Shown piece by piece: positions 56,575 to 64,000 of a DNA stretch of 64,000 nt. The position numbers and the translations under genes are program-made. The stretch is taken from the NCBI GenBank assembly GCA_963718515.1, contig OY970354.1:110363-174362 (forward strand), given 5' to 3'. This DNA is from an uncultured bacterium. GTDB taxonomy: Bacteria > Patescibacteriota > Minisyncoccia > UBA6257 > 2-01-FULL-56-20. The notes under the pieces were generated by a model, which did no database searches, was not told where the DNA came from, and worked only from the letters and a program-made list of their open reading frames with translations. Positions within the stretch are counted from its first letter, which is position 1. Each line of letters starts with the position of its first letter.

Positions 56575-57150
56575 ATGCTTTATATCAACGAGTGGCTTCC
56601 GAACCCCGTTGGCAATGACGCCGCCGGAGAATTTATCGAGCTTTATAATAGCGGCAATGCGTCCACGCCGCTCGACGGCTACGCGCTAAGCGACGGCGCG
56701 AAGAAAAGATTTTCCCTCGCCGGCTATGCCATCTCGCCGCAAGGCTATTTGATTTTGAAACACGCGCAAACCAAACTGACTTTGAAAAACACGGACGGGG
56801 CATTATTGTTATACGGTCCGGACGGACAGGTCGTGGACCAGGCGAATTTTGCCGGTATGGCGCCGGAAGGGAAAAGTTTTTCGCGCGTCAATTATAGCAC
56901 GGCGGCGATCGGACATTTTGCTTTTGAGTATCCGACGCCGGGCGCGGCAAACAAGACGATCGATACATCCGTGGCCACGCAAACGTATCCGCTGGACGTT
57001 TCGCTCTCGCCGCATCTTGCGCCCGCGGGGTTCGTGGCGCTCATGTTCGGCGTATCGACGTCATTTCTGCTATTCTTTGTGTATGTCACGCGCAATAACC
57101 GAAACATATCGCACTTCCTCTTCGGAGGAGACGAAAAAACTGGGGTATGA
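56575..57150 (+). CDS. Lamin-tail-domain (LTD) protein with C-terminal TM anchor
   Basis: 191 aa. [24 protein letters not shown]...LDGYALSD matches the LTD consensus. C-terminal hydrophobic helix [19 protein letters not shown]. Confidence 0.75.
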   Translation: MLYINEWLPNPVGNDAAGEFIELYNSGNASTPLDGYALSDGAKKRFSLAGYAISPQGYLILKHAQTKLTLKNTDGALLLYGPDGQVVDQANFAGMAPEGKSFSRVNYSTAAIGHFAFEYPTPGAANKTIDTSVATQTYPLDVSLSPHLAPAGFVALMFGVSTSFLLFFVYVTRNNRNISHFLFGGDEKTGV

Positions 57151-57564
57151 CCTCGGCCGGTCGCTCGCCCGCGGCACGGCAAAAAGCATCCGCGCCGCCG
57201 GCCCGATCGTGCTTGCGCTTCAGGGTGATCTTGGCGCGGGGAAGACCACGTTTGTGCAAGGATTTTTAAAAGGGCTTGGTTCGAAGAAGCGTGTCGCGAG
57301 TCCGACGTTCGTGCTCATGCGGCGGCATGCGCTTGCGCGGCGCGAAAAAAGTTTTTGAATGTCTACCATATCGACGCCTATCGTTTAAAAAAACCGGAGC
57401 ACCTGGCGATATTAAAATTTGATGAAATCTTGGCCGAACCTCGCAATGTGGTATTAATAGAGTGGCCGGAACAGGCGAAGGGTCTGATTCCCAAAAAAGC
57501 GTTGTGGCTAAAATTCACTTACGGCAAAAAAGAGAACGAACGGACGATCACGATAAAACGATAA
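57083..57564 (+). pseudogene. tsaE: tRNA t6A37 biosynthesis ATPase TsaE, 1 frameshift as assembled
   Basis: MSRAITETY...[18 protein letters not shown]...SPTF is in ORF 56849..57358 (from the ATG at 57083). VYHIDAYRL...VLIEWPE is in ORF 57355..57564. Confidence 0.8.
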
Positions 57565-57574
57565 GAATCGAACG

Positions 57575-58546
57575 ATGAAAAAATTATTATTAATAGACGC
57601 GAACTCGATCATTCATCGATCCTTCCACGCATTGCCGCCATTCACGGCGCCGGATGGGAAGCCGTCGGGCGCCATCTATGGGATTGCGAGTATCTTGCTC
57701 AAGCTGTGGCGCGAGGAAAAACCGGATTACGCCGCCGCGCTTTTTGATCGCCCCGAGCCGACGTTCCGCGACGAAAAATATGCCGAATACAAAGCGCAAC
57801 GTCCGCCGACCGCGGATGAACTGATCTCGCAGATCATCGAAGCGCACAATTTATTCAACGCGTTCGGAATAAAAACATTCGAGAAGGCGCGCTATGAAGC
57901 GGATGATCTCATCGCTACGCTGGCAGAAAAATTCAAAACATTGCCGGACGTGCAGGTCGTGATCCTGACCGGCGACCGTGACACCCTGCAGATGGTGGAG
58001 GGCGACAAGCTGGTCGTGAAAACTTTTAACAAGGGCGTGAGTGACACCACTATATATAACGAAGCCGCGGTCATCGCAAAGTATGGCCTCGCGCCGAACC
58101 AGCTTATAGATTACAAAGCGCTCGTCGGTGATTCGTCCGACAACATAAAAGGGGTGCCGGGCATTGGGCCGAAGACGGCGCTCGATCTGATAAAAAGATT
58201 TGGCACCGTGAAGGAAATGTATAAACAGCTAAACGGCCCTGCGTTCCAAAAAAATAACGAACTCACAAAGCTCCGTGAAAAATTCGGGCCGTTCCAAAAG
58301 GACGCAGAACTTTCAGAGATGCTCGTGACGCTCGAACGGCATGCGCCGATAGAGATGCCAAGCATCGAGGAACTGTCGACGGGCGACGGGCTTGAGAGCC
58401 CCGTCAAATATTTTGAAAATATGGGATTCAGCACGCTCATTAAAAGACTTCACTCGCCGGTTGTGGATATGATGGCCAAGCCGACTAGCCGGAGGGGAAA
58501 AGTCCCCAAAGCACAGCCAAGAGATAATCAAGCGTCCCTCTTTTAG
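57575..58546 (+). CDS. 5'-3' exonuclease (stand-alone Pol I N-terminal / FEN-like domain)
   Basis: 323 aa. LLLIDANSIIHRSFHAL ... FDRPEPTFRDEKYAEYKAQR ... YEADDLIATL ... LTGDRDTLQ ... LVGDSSDNIKGVPGIGPKTA. Confidence 0.9.
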   Translation: MKKLLLIDANSIIHRSFHALPPFTAPDGKPSGAIYGIASILLKLWREEKPDYAAALFDRPEPTFRDEKYAEYKAQRPPTADELISQIIEAHNLFNAFGIKTFEKARYEADDLIATLAEKFKTLPDVQVVILTGDRDTLQMVEGDKLVVKTFNKGVSDTTIYNEAAVIAKYGLAPNQLIDYKALVGDSSDNIKGVPGIGPKTALDLIKRFGTVKEMYKQLNGPAFQKNNELTKLREKFGPFQKDAELSEMLVTLERHAPIEMPSIEELSTGDGLESPVKYFENMGFSTLIKRLHSPVVDMMAKPTSRRGKVPKAQPRDNQASLF

Positions 58547-58585
58547 CCTTTTAATACTGGGCTTAGGCGGTGTATAATAAACCCA

Positions 58586-59920
58586 ATGAAAGGTTCCGCA
58601 TCGAAGATCAAAAACGTCCTGTTCTGGCCGGAGTTCCAGGTGGTGTGGGTATTGCTCGCGATCATCATCGCTATATTCGTCCTCGACCTGAATACGCTCA
58701 ATTCCTGGGTGGCGTATGTCGATGGCGCCCTGCTATTCATTGTTTTTGCGCTCGTCGTGGCAAGCATCTACCGCGCCGCATCAAGCGATCGCAGTACCAG
58801 TATTGAACGCAACGAACTAAAGAGCATTCTCGAAAGCCTCGGCGATGCGCTCATCCTCTACGAAGACGACTTCCGCGCGATATTCTTTAATCCCGCGGCG
58901 GAGAGGCTTTTTAAGCTCGATAAAAAATCCGTGATCGGGCACGTCTTTTCCCCGCGCGATGTGGAAAAAGAGGGATGGCGCATACTCACCCAGGTGATAT
59001 TCCCATCGCTCGCGCCGCGCGTCGTTGCGCGCACGAAAGAAAATGAGTATCCGCAGGTCGTCGACATTTCTTTCACCGACCCGCCGCTCGAGTTCCGGGT
59101 GACGACGGCACCCGTCGCCGATAACGGCGGCCACCCGCTCGCGTTCATGAAAATTATCCGCGACCGGACGCCGCAGATCCTTGCCCTGCGTTCAAAGAGC
59201 GAGTTCGTCGAAGTCGCCTCGCATCAGTTGCGTGGGCCGGTGACGGATATCAACTGGGCGCTCCAGACGCTCGAGAAGGTGGAAGGGTTGGACGAGACCA
59301 ACAAATCCATCGTCGACAATGCATTTGAGGCGAGCCAGAGCCTTCTACAGCGCATTGAAGATCTTTTGAACATCGCAAAGATGGAGGACGGACAGTTTGG
59401 ATATAAGTTCGAGGACGCCGACATTTCGGACTTCATTGCCAAGGTGCTTAACGACGTTCTCCCCGGCGCGCAAAAGGCCGGGGTCAAAATATATTTCGAT
59501 CGCCCCGCCGAAGCGCTTCCGCACGTCACGATCGATCCCAGGCGCCTCTCGCTCGCGCTCGTGAATCTTCTCGAGAATAGCATCCGCTACAACGTGGATA
59601 ATGGCACGATAACGGTGAAAGCGGACAAGATGGAGGGAAAGCCGTTCGTCGTGATAAGCGTGAAGGATACGGGCATCGGCATCCCTCCCGAATCCATGGA
59701 AAAGCTTTTCAACAAGTTCTATCGTGCCGATAATGCGCAAAAGCGGCAAACGGAAGGCTCCGGCCTCGGACTCTATATTGCAAAAGGCATCGTGAACGCC
59801 CACGGCGGCCAGATCTGGGCGGAATCCGAGCTCAATCGCGGCACCACGATCTCGTTCGCGCTCCCGACCGACCCCACGCTCGTGCCTCATACCGAGGTCG
59901 GCTCCGAAGACGTCATCTAA
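58586..59920 (+). CDS. Sensor histidine kinase (2 TM, PAS-like, HisKA, HATPase_c)
   Basis: 444 aa. H-box FVEVASHQLRGPVT, N box NLLENSIRYN, and G boxes DTGIGI / GLGLYIAKGIV. Confidence 0.88.
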   Translation: MKGSASKIKNVLFWPEFQVVWVLLAIIIAIFVLDLNTLNSWVAYVDGALLFIVFALVVASIYRAASSDRSTSIERNELKSILESLGDALILYEDDFRAIFFNPAAERLFKLDKKSVIGHVFSPRDVEKEGWRILTQVIFPSLAPRVVARTKENEYPQVVDISFTDPPLEFRVTTAPVADNGGHPLAFMKIIRDRTPQILALRSKSEFVEVASHQLRGPVTDINWALQTLEKVEGLDETNKSIVDNAFEASQSLLQRIEDLLNIAKMEDGQFGYKFEDADISDFIAKVLNDVLPGAQKAGVKIYFDRPAEALPHVTIDPRRLSLALVNLLENSIRYNVDNGTITVKADKMEGKPFVVISVKDTGIGIPPESMEKLFNKFYRADNAQKRQTEGSGLGLYIAKGIVNAHGGQIWAESELNRGTTISFALPTDPTLVPHTEVGSEDVI

Positions 59921-60005
59921 GTTCGCACCCGCAGCTTGACCTTTTTGTAATTTAATGTTTTACTGAACGCGGTTCACCCCATCTCAATATTTGGAGGTTT
60001 CCAGT

Positions 60006-60788
60006 ATGGAAACGAAGAAAATTGCCCTTGCTTGTTCTATCGGTGCTATGTTGTTTTGCGCGGTAGCTCTGGTGGTTGCTCCGCATTACACCTGGCTGGC
60101 TCTCTTTGCGGGAATTGCTGGAGGATATTTCAGCTACGAATTCCGCGAGGTCTGCAAAGGGGTTCCCGTTGCGTTGGGCTCTGCGGCGGGAGAATTTGCG
60201 GATGGCATTTCTGAAATAATGCAGGAGGTCGGAACCTATCTGCACAAGCCACACCCATTTGCGTTCCCGCCGCTGATCTGCGAAGGTTTCGTCCTGGCAT
60301 GGGTGAGCGTGCGTTGCTACCACAAATTCGGTCTGGGCAGAGAGTTTTTTGGGATTCTCTTCCCGTCGGCTATCCTTTTTGCGGTCCTCGCGACAGTGCT
60401 GGGATGTATGCTCGGCATCGTTGCCCTCTTCGGTGCGATAAGGGAAAGGTGTTCGTGGTGGAAGGACGACGACCCCGAGAGGCCATTTGCGCAGAAGGGG
60501 AATAGATTGCGTTACGTGCCGCTTTCTTATTCCAATGCCTTCCGCTGGATATTCCTCGGCCTTTTCGTCGACCTGCCGGAAACCATGGGGATCTTTTGCT
60601 GGCGTTCTGTCCGCTACTTCTTCCGACTCATCCATTCCAACAAGCGGTTGCTTTGTGCGACCGACGGGACGCTGGGTGGCATCGTGAGTTATTACTGGCT
60701 CGCGACGTCTTCGGGGTTTTTAATTGGGAGATCGTTTCCAAGCGAATCCTCCACATCAAGACTGCGTGATGGTCGGCCGGTACAGTAA
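60006..60788 (+). CDS. Integral membrane hypothetical protein
   Basis: ORF 59991..60788 trimmed to the ATG at 60006, which is preceded by GGAGG. Contains several TM helices. No family recognised. Confidence 0.55.
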   Translation: METKKIALACSIGAMLFCAVALVVAPHYTWLALFAGIAGGYFSYEFREVCKGVPVALGSAAGEFADGISEIMQEVGTYLHKPHPFAFPPLICEGFVLAWVSVRCYHKFGLGREFFGILFPSAILFAVLATVLGCMLGIVALFGAIRERCSWWKDDDPERPFAQKGNRLRYVPLSYSNAFRWIFLGLFVDLPETMGIFCWRSVRYFFRLIHSNKRLLCATDGTLGGIVSYYWLATSSGFLIGRSFPSESSTSRLRDGRPVQ

Positions 60789-60856
60789 CGGGGTTGTTCT
60801 TATCCTTTTTAGGACGAGAGCAGCCCCGTTTTTTATTCTCTATCTAAGTAACATTA

Positions 60857-60990
60857 TTTGGCCAGGGGAAGGGGATTGCTTGCTGTTTTCAGGGTATGCC
60901 GGAGGCGCGAAGGCGCCGAGGCGTAGCGCTTTTTGAGCAGAAAAAGACGCGACCCTGAAAACAGCAAGCAATCCCCTTCCCCTGGCCAAA
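60857..60990 (+). ncRNA. Candidate structured RNA / repeat element, copy 3 of 3 (38-bp perfect outer hairpin; core reads on the plus strand)
   Basis: Arms 60857-60894 and 60953-60990 are perfect complements. Core: GCC-GGA-GGCGC-GAAG-GCGCC-GA-GGC (60898-60922) and GCG-CUUUUU-GAGCAG-AAAAAG-A-CGC-GA (60926-60952). Ends 25 nt before the pyrG start. Confidence 0.4.
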
Positions 60991-61015
60991 GGTTTCCCGT
61001 ATACTGATATGCGAA

Positions 61016-62702
61016 ATGGCACCGTCGAACTCCAAGGGTCACCACAAATATATTTTCATTGTTGGAGGAGTAATGTCGGGAGTCGGCAAGGGTGTCGCAT
61101 CGTCATCCATCGGAAAAATAATCCAGTCGCGCGGATTGGAAGTGACCTCCATCAAGATCGATCCCTACATTAACGTCGACGCAGGGACAATGAACCCCAC
61201 CGAACACGGTGAGGTTTTTGTTTTGGATGATGGCACGGAATGCGACCAGGATATGGGCAACTATGAACGCTTTTTGGACCGCGATCTTTCCGGCGCGAAC
61301 TATATGACGACGGGAAGCATCTATAAAACGGTCATCGAGCGCGAGCGGAGTATGGGATATGGCGGAAAATCGGTGAGTCCGGTGCCGCACATCCCGCTCG
61401 AGATCCTCGATCGCATCGATAAGGCCGCGGCGCTCGCAAAAGCGGACGTCGTGATCACCGAAGATCGGCGGTACCGTGGGCGAGTACGAGAACATTTTAT
61501 TTTTGGAAGCGATCCGTATGGCGAAGTTCAAACACCCGAAAGATGTTTTGGTGATCTTGGTGAGCCACTTGCCGATCATGAGCGACGACAATGAACTGAA
61601 GACGAAGCCGACCCAGCACGCGGTGCGCGCGCTGAACGCGACGGGTCTCCAGCCGGACATCATTTTGGCGCGCGCGAAATATCCGCTCGACGAAAAGCGC
61701 AAAGAGAAGATCGCGTTCAACTGCAATCTGCGCGAGGAGGATATTATTTCCGCGCCGGATGTTTCGAGCTTGTACGACATCCCGGTCAATTTTGAAAAAG
61801 ACGAGCTCGGCAATTTGATATTGGAAAAACTTTCCATGCGTCCTCGCAAAAAAGGATATGAAGGAGTGGCGTGCGTTCGCGGAAAAGATCCATAACAGCA
61901 AAAGAAGTCGTGCGCATCGGCATCGTGGGAAAATATTTCTCAAGCGGCAAATTTATTCTGGCGGATTCGTATCTTTCGGTGATCGAATCCATAAAACACA
62001 GCGCCGCGTTCTGGGGCGTAAAGCCGGAGATCAAGTGGCTCGATTCGGGCCAGTTCGAGGATGTAAAGAACGGCGGGCGGGGTGCGGAAGGCCTCAAAGA
62101 ACTCGACAATTATGACGGCATTATCGTTCCCGGCGGCTTTGGCGCGCGTGGCGTAGAGGGTAAATTGAATGCCATCCGGTATTGCCGCGAGAACAAGATC
62201 CCGTATTTTGGGCTTTGCTACGGCATGCAACTGGCCACCGTCGAATTTGCCCGGAACGTGTTGCATATGAAGGGCGCGAACACCACGGAGGTGGATCCCA
62301 AAACAAAATATCCCGATGATCGATATTTTGCCGGAGCAGAAGAAGTTGATGGCGGAAAAGAAATATGGCGCGACCATGCGGCTTGGCGCATACCCGGCGG
62401 TGTTAAAGAAAGGGACGATTGCCGACAAAGCCTATGGCAAATCAGAGATCTCCGAGCGGCACCGGCATCGCTATGAAGTGAATCCTGCGTACGTGGAACG
62501 GCTCGAAAAAGGCGGTATCGTTTTTTCCGGACAGTCGCCGTCGCGGCGCCTGATGGAAGTGATGGAGCTCCCGCGCACGGTTCATCCATTTTTTCTTGGC
62601 ACGCAGTTCCATCCGGAATTGAAGTCGCGCCCCTTGCGCCCGCATCCGCTGTTCAAAGAATTCATGAAGGCCGCGAAGGTGCGCCATGAAGCCGCCGCAT
62701 GA
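61016..62702 (+). pseudogene. pyrG: CTP synthase, at least 3 frameshifts as assembled
   Basis: [16 protein letters not shown]...[16 protein letters not shown] is in 61016..61594, [13 protein letters not shown] in 61476..61895, [12 protein letters not shown]...GLCYGMQ (the glutaminase Cys) in 61871..62476, and HRHRYEVN...FLGTQFHPE in 62316..62702. Confidence 0.92.
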
Positions 62703-63508
62703 TCATTTTTCTCTACGGGCCGGATGATTATCGCCGCTCCGAAAAGAAGCGCTCCATCATCGCCGAATTTTTGAAGAAGCGCTCCGGGATCGGCCTCGGG
62801 ATTTTTGATTTGGAGGAAAAAAACGCGCTTGAGCCGCTTGGCGAATTCTTACGCACGCAATCCATATTCGAAACGACCAAGCTCGCGGTGCTTGAGAACG
62901 CATTCGAGCTTGAGGCGCCAAAGCTTGCAAAATTATTAAAGCCGTTTGTCGGGCAAAAAAATATCACGATCCTCATCGCAGAAAAAGACAAACCGGTGAA
63001 AGCGCTCGCGTTTCTCTTGGAGAAACCAACGATCTCACAAAAATTTGAAAACCTCGCCGGGGTGGAGTGGATGGCATTCATAAACAATGAAGCGAAGAAA
63101 AATGGCGTGGCGCTCGCTCCCGCCGCCGCGCAATTTTTGGGAACTATCTATGAAGGCAATGCATGGGGACTCATCACGGAACTCCAGAAATTGAGCGGAT
63201 ATAAAAACGGCACAAAAAATGGCTCGTCAGGCGCCGCCGTGATCGATAAAAAAGACCTGGACGCATTCGGCCTCGAGGTCGCACCGAACTATTGGGGCTT
63301 GCTGAACGGCCTAAAGAGTTTTGATATCAAAAACCGGCTGTATGCCTTCGAAACGATGCTTGCAAGCAACGACCCGCCGGCAAAGATATTCAACATTCTT
63401 GCATCCCAATGGCAAGAAAAAATTCCGCGCATGGCGGAATACGATCTGGCGGTCAAGTCCGGGAAGGTGGACTACGAAGAGGCCTTGGTGGACTTGTTGA
63501 TAAGCTGA
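62699..63508 (+). CDS. DNA polymerase III delta subunit (HolA)-like
   Basis: 269 aa. [16 protein letters not shown]... is the typical HolA N-terminus. ATGA start-stop overlap with pyrG. Confidence 0.65.
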   Translation: MIIFLYGPDDYRRSEKKRSIIAEFLKKRSGIGLGIFDLEEKNALEPLGEFLRTQSIFETTKLAVLENAFELEAPKLAKLLKPFVGQKNITILIAEKDKPVKALAFLLEKPTISQKFENLAGVEWMAFINNEAKKNGVALAPAAAQFLGTIYEGNAWGLITELQKLSGYKNGTKNGSSGAAVIDKKDLDAFGLEVAPNYWGLLNGLKSFDIKNRLYAFETMLASNDPPAKIFNILASQWQEKIPRMAEYDLAVKSGKVDYEEALVDLLIS

Positions 63509-63747
63509 GAGAGGCGCGACTTCAACCGGCTGGCCTTGTTCTTCTCGATGACTTTGGACTTGGCGGCCTTGTCGAGCGCCTTGAATACGAGCGGGAGTGC
63601 GGTCGCGGCCTCATCTATTTTTTTGGCAAGCACGAGCTTGCGGAAAGACGTGACCTGTTTTTTATAGGCGTCCTTGCGAATGACATTGCGCGCGTTTCGC
63701 GTCTTGTTTTGGCGCAGCGCCTTCTTGGCGGAACTGGTGATCGGCAT
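63472..63747 (-). CDS. rpsT: 30S ribosomal protein S20
   Basis: ORF 63472..63795 trimmed to MPITSSAKKALRQNKTRNARN (ATG at 63747). This is the S20 N-terminal signature. Confidence 0.9.
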   Translation of the reverse strand: MPITSSAKKALRQNKTRNARNVIRKDAYKKQVTSFRKLVLAKKIDEAATALPLVFKALDKAAKSKVIEKNKASRLKSRLSQLINKSTKASS

Positions 63748-63881
63748 AAGGGGTAGTATAGCGGAACACACCGGATTTACAAGGGGAATTGACAATTATT
63801 GCATTTTATGTTAGTCTCCTGAAGTAAGGAGTCAAATTCCCCCGCCGCAGAAATGCGGCATTTGCACCTTGAAAGGAAATT

Positions 63882-64000
63882 ATGGTTCGCACGATAGGGA
63901 AGGACTGGATCATGATCGGCATGCTGTGCATTTTCCTCGCCTACGCCATACTCGTGGTTTTGGGACGGGATCCGGACGGGATGCATGCATTCAGCATCGG
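63882..64000 (+). CDS. Partial ORF, probable small membrane protein (runs off right edge)
   Basis: ATG at 63882 is preceded by GAAAGGAAAT. Translation MVRTIGKDWIMIGMLCIFLAYAILVVLGRDPDG is hydrophobic. The frame is open to the window end, so it is not in the ORF track. Confidence 0.3.
   Translation, partial: MVRTIGKDWIMIGMLCIFLAYAILVVLGRDPDGMHAFSI

Noticed and set aside
59952-60635. 227-aa minus-strand ORF
   Set aside because: It is antisense to the plus-strand membrane protein, which has a GGAGG RBS and clear TM helices. The minus frame is Arg/Glu/Lys-rich with no start context.
23455-62702. Programmed ribosomal frameshifting or genuine pseudogenisation as the explanation for the broken genes
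   Set aside because: There are too many events per gene (up to about 7), no obvious slippery heptamers or stimulatory structures, and the affected genes include indispensable ones (dnaA, dnaN, pyrG). Assembly or consensus error is far more parsimonious, though unverified.
1-64000. Alternative genetic code (UGA recoding, as in some CPR lineages)
   Set aside because: Full-length conserved proteins (FtsH, GlyA, TyrS, PilB, ComM) are obtained with the standard bacterial code and have no in-frame TGA. The broken genes are frame shifts, not TGA interruptions.

Overview
The window reads as a chromosomal segment of a small-genome bacterium. Gene content suggests Patescibacteria/CPR, Parcubacteria-like, but that is inference and no database search was possible. 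GC is about 50-58%, except for a ~40% GC islet next to tRNA-His. All product calls come from motif recognition in the supplied translations or my own hand translations, and all frameshift positions are approximate. Content from left to right: (1) a one-carbon block, glyA / alkA-like / folD. (2) tRNA-His, then a ~2.2 kb low-GC islet and a ~4.5 kb block of orphan genes that includes a sigma-region-4 / alpha-CTD-like fusion protein. (3) Two two-component systems. (4) ftsH, tRNA-Ile(UAU), tRNA-Gly, tyrS, clpP, ppa, nusA, a yraN-family gene, a dksA/traR-like gene, comM, a uvrD-like helicase and rsmA. (5) A ~12.7 kb same-strand, tightly packed type IV secretion-like locus with a PKD surface protein, VirB6/TrbL-like, J-domain, PrgI-like, VirB4-like and T4SS-pilin-like proteins. 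(6) The origin neighbourhood, rpmH-rnpA-yidC-jag facing dnaA-dnaN. (7) PBP1A, ruvC, a PilB-type ATPase, ruvB, tsaE, a 5'-3' exonuclease, a PAS kinase, pyrG, holA-like and rpsT. The most interesting non-coding signal is a three-copy element at about 17.9, 18.9 and 60.9 kb. Each copy has a long, copy-specific perfect hairpin that encloses a conserved two-hairpin core, and the core helices carry compensatory base changes. This makes it a candidate structured RNA. Other non-coding signals are a ~170 nt candidate structured RNA between pilB and ruvB, unusually long perfect hairpins that overlap stop codons, and an operator-like palindrome array between the yraN-family gene and dksA. A caveat on sequence quality: at least ~30 frame breaks are concentrated in nine conserved genes (ppa, uvrD-like, virB4-like, dnaA, dnaN, PBP1A, ruvB, tsaE, pyrG), while neighbouring long ORFs are intact. 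Consensus or assembly error is the most likely cause. I found no CRISPR array, rRNA, transposase or integrase.
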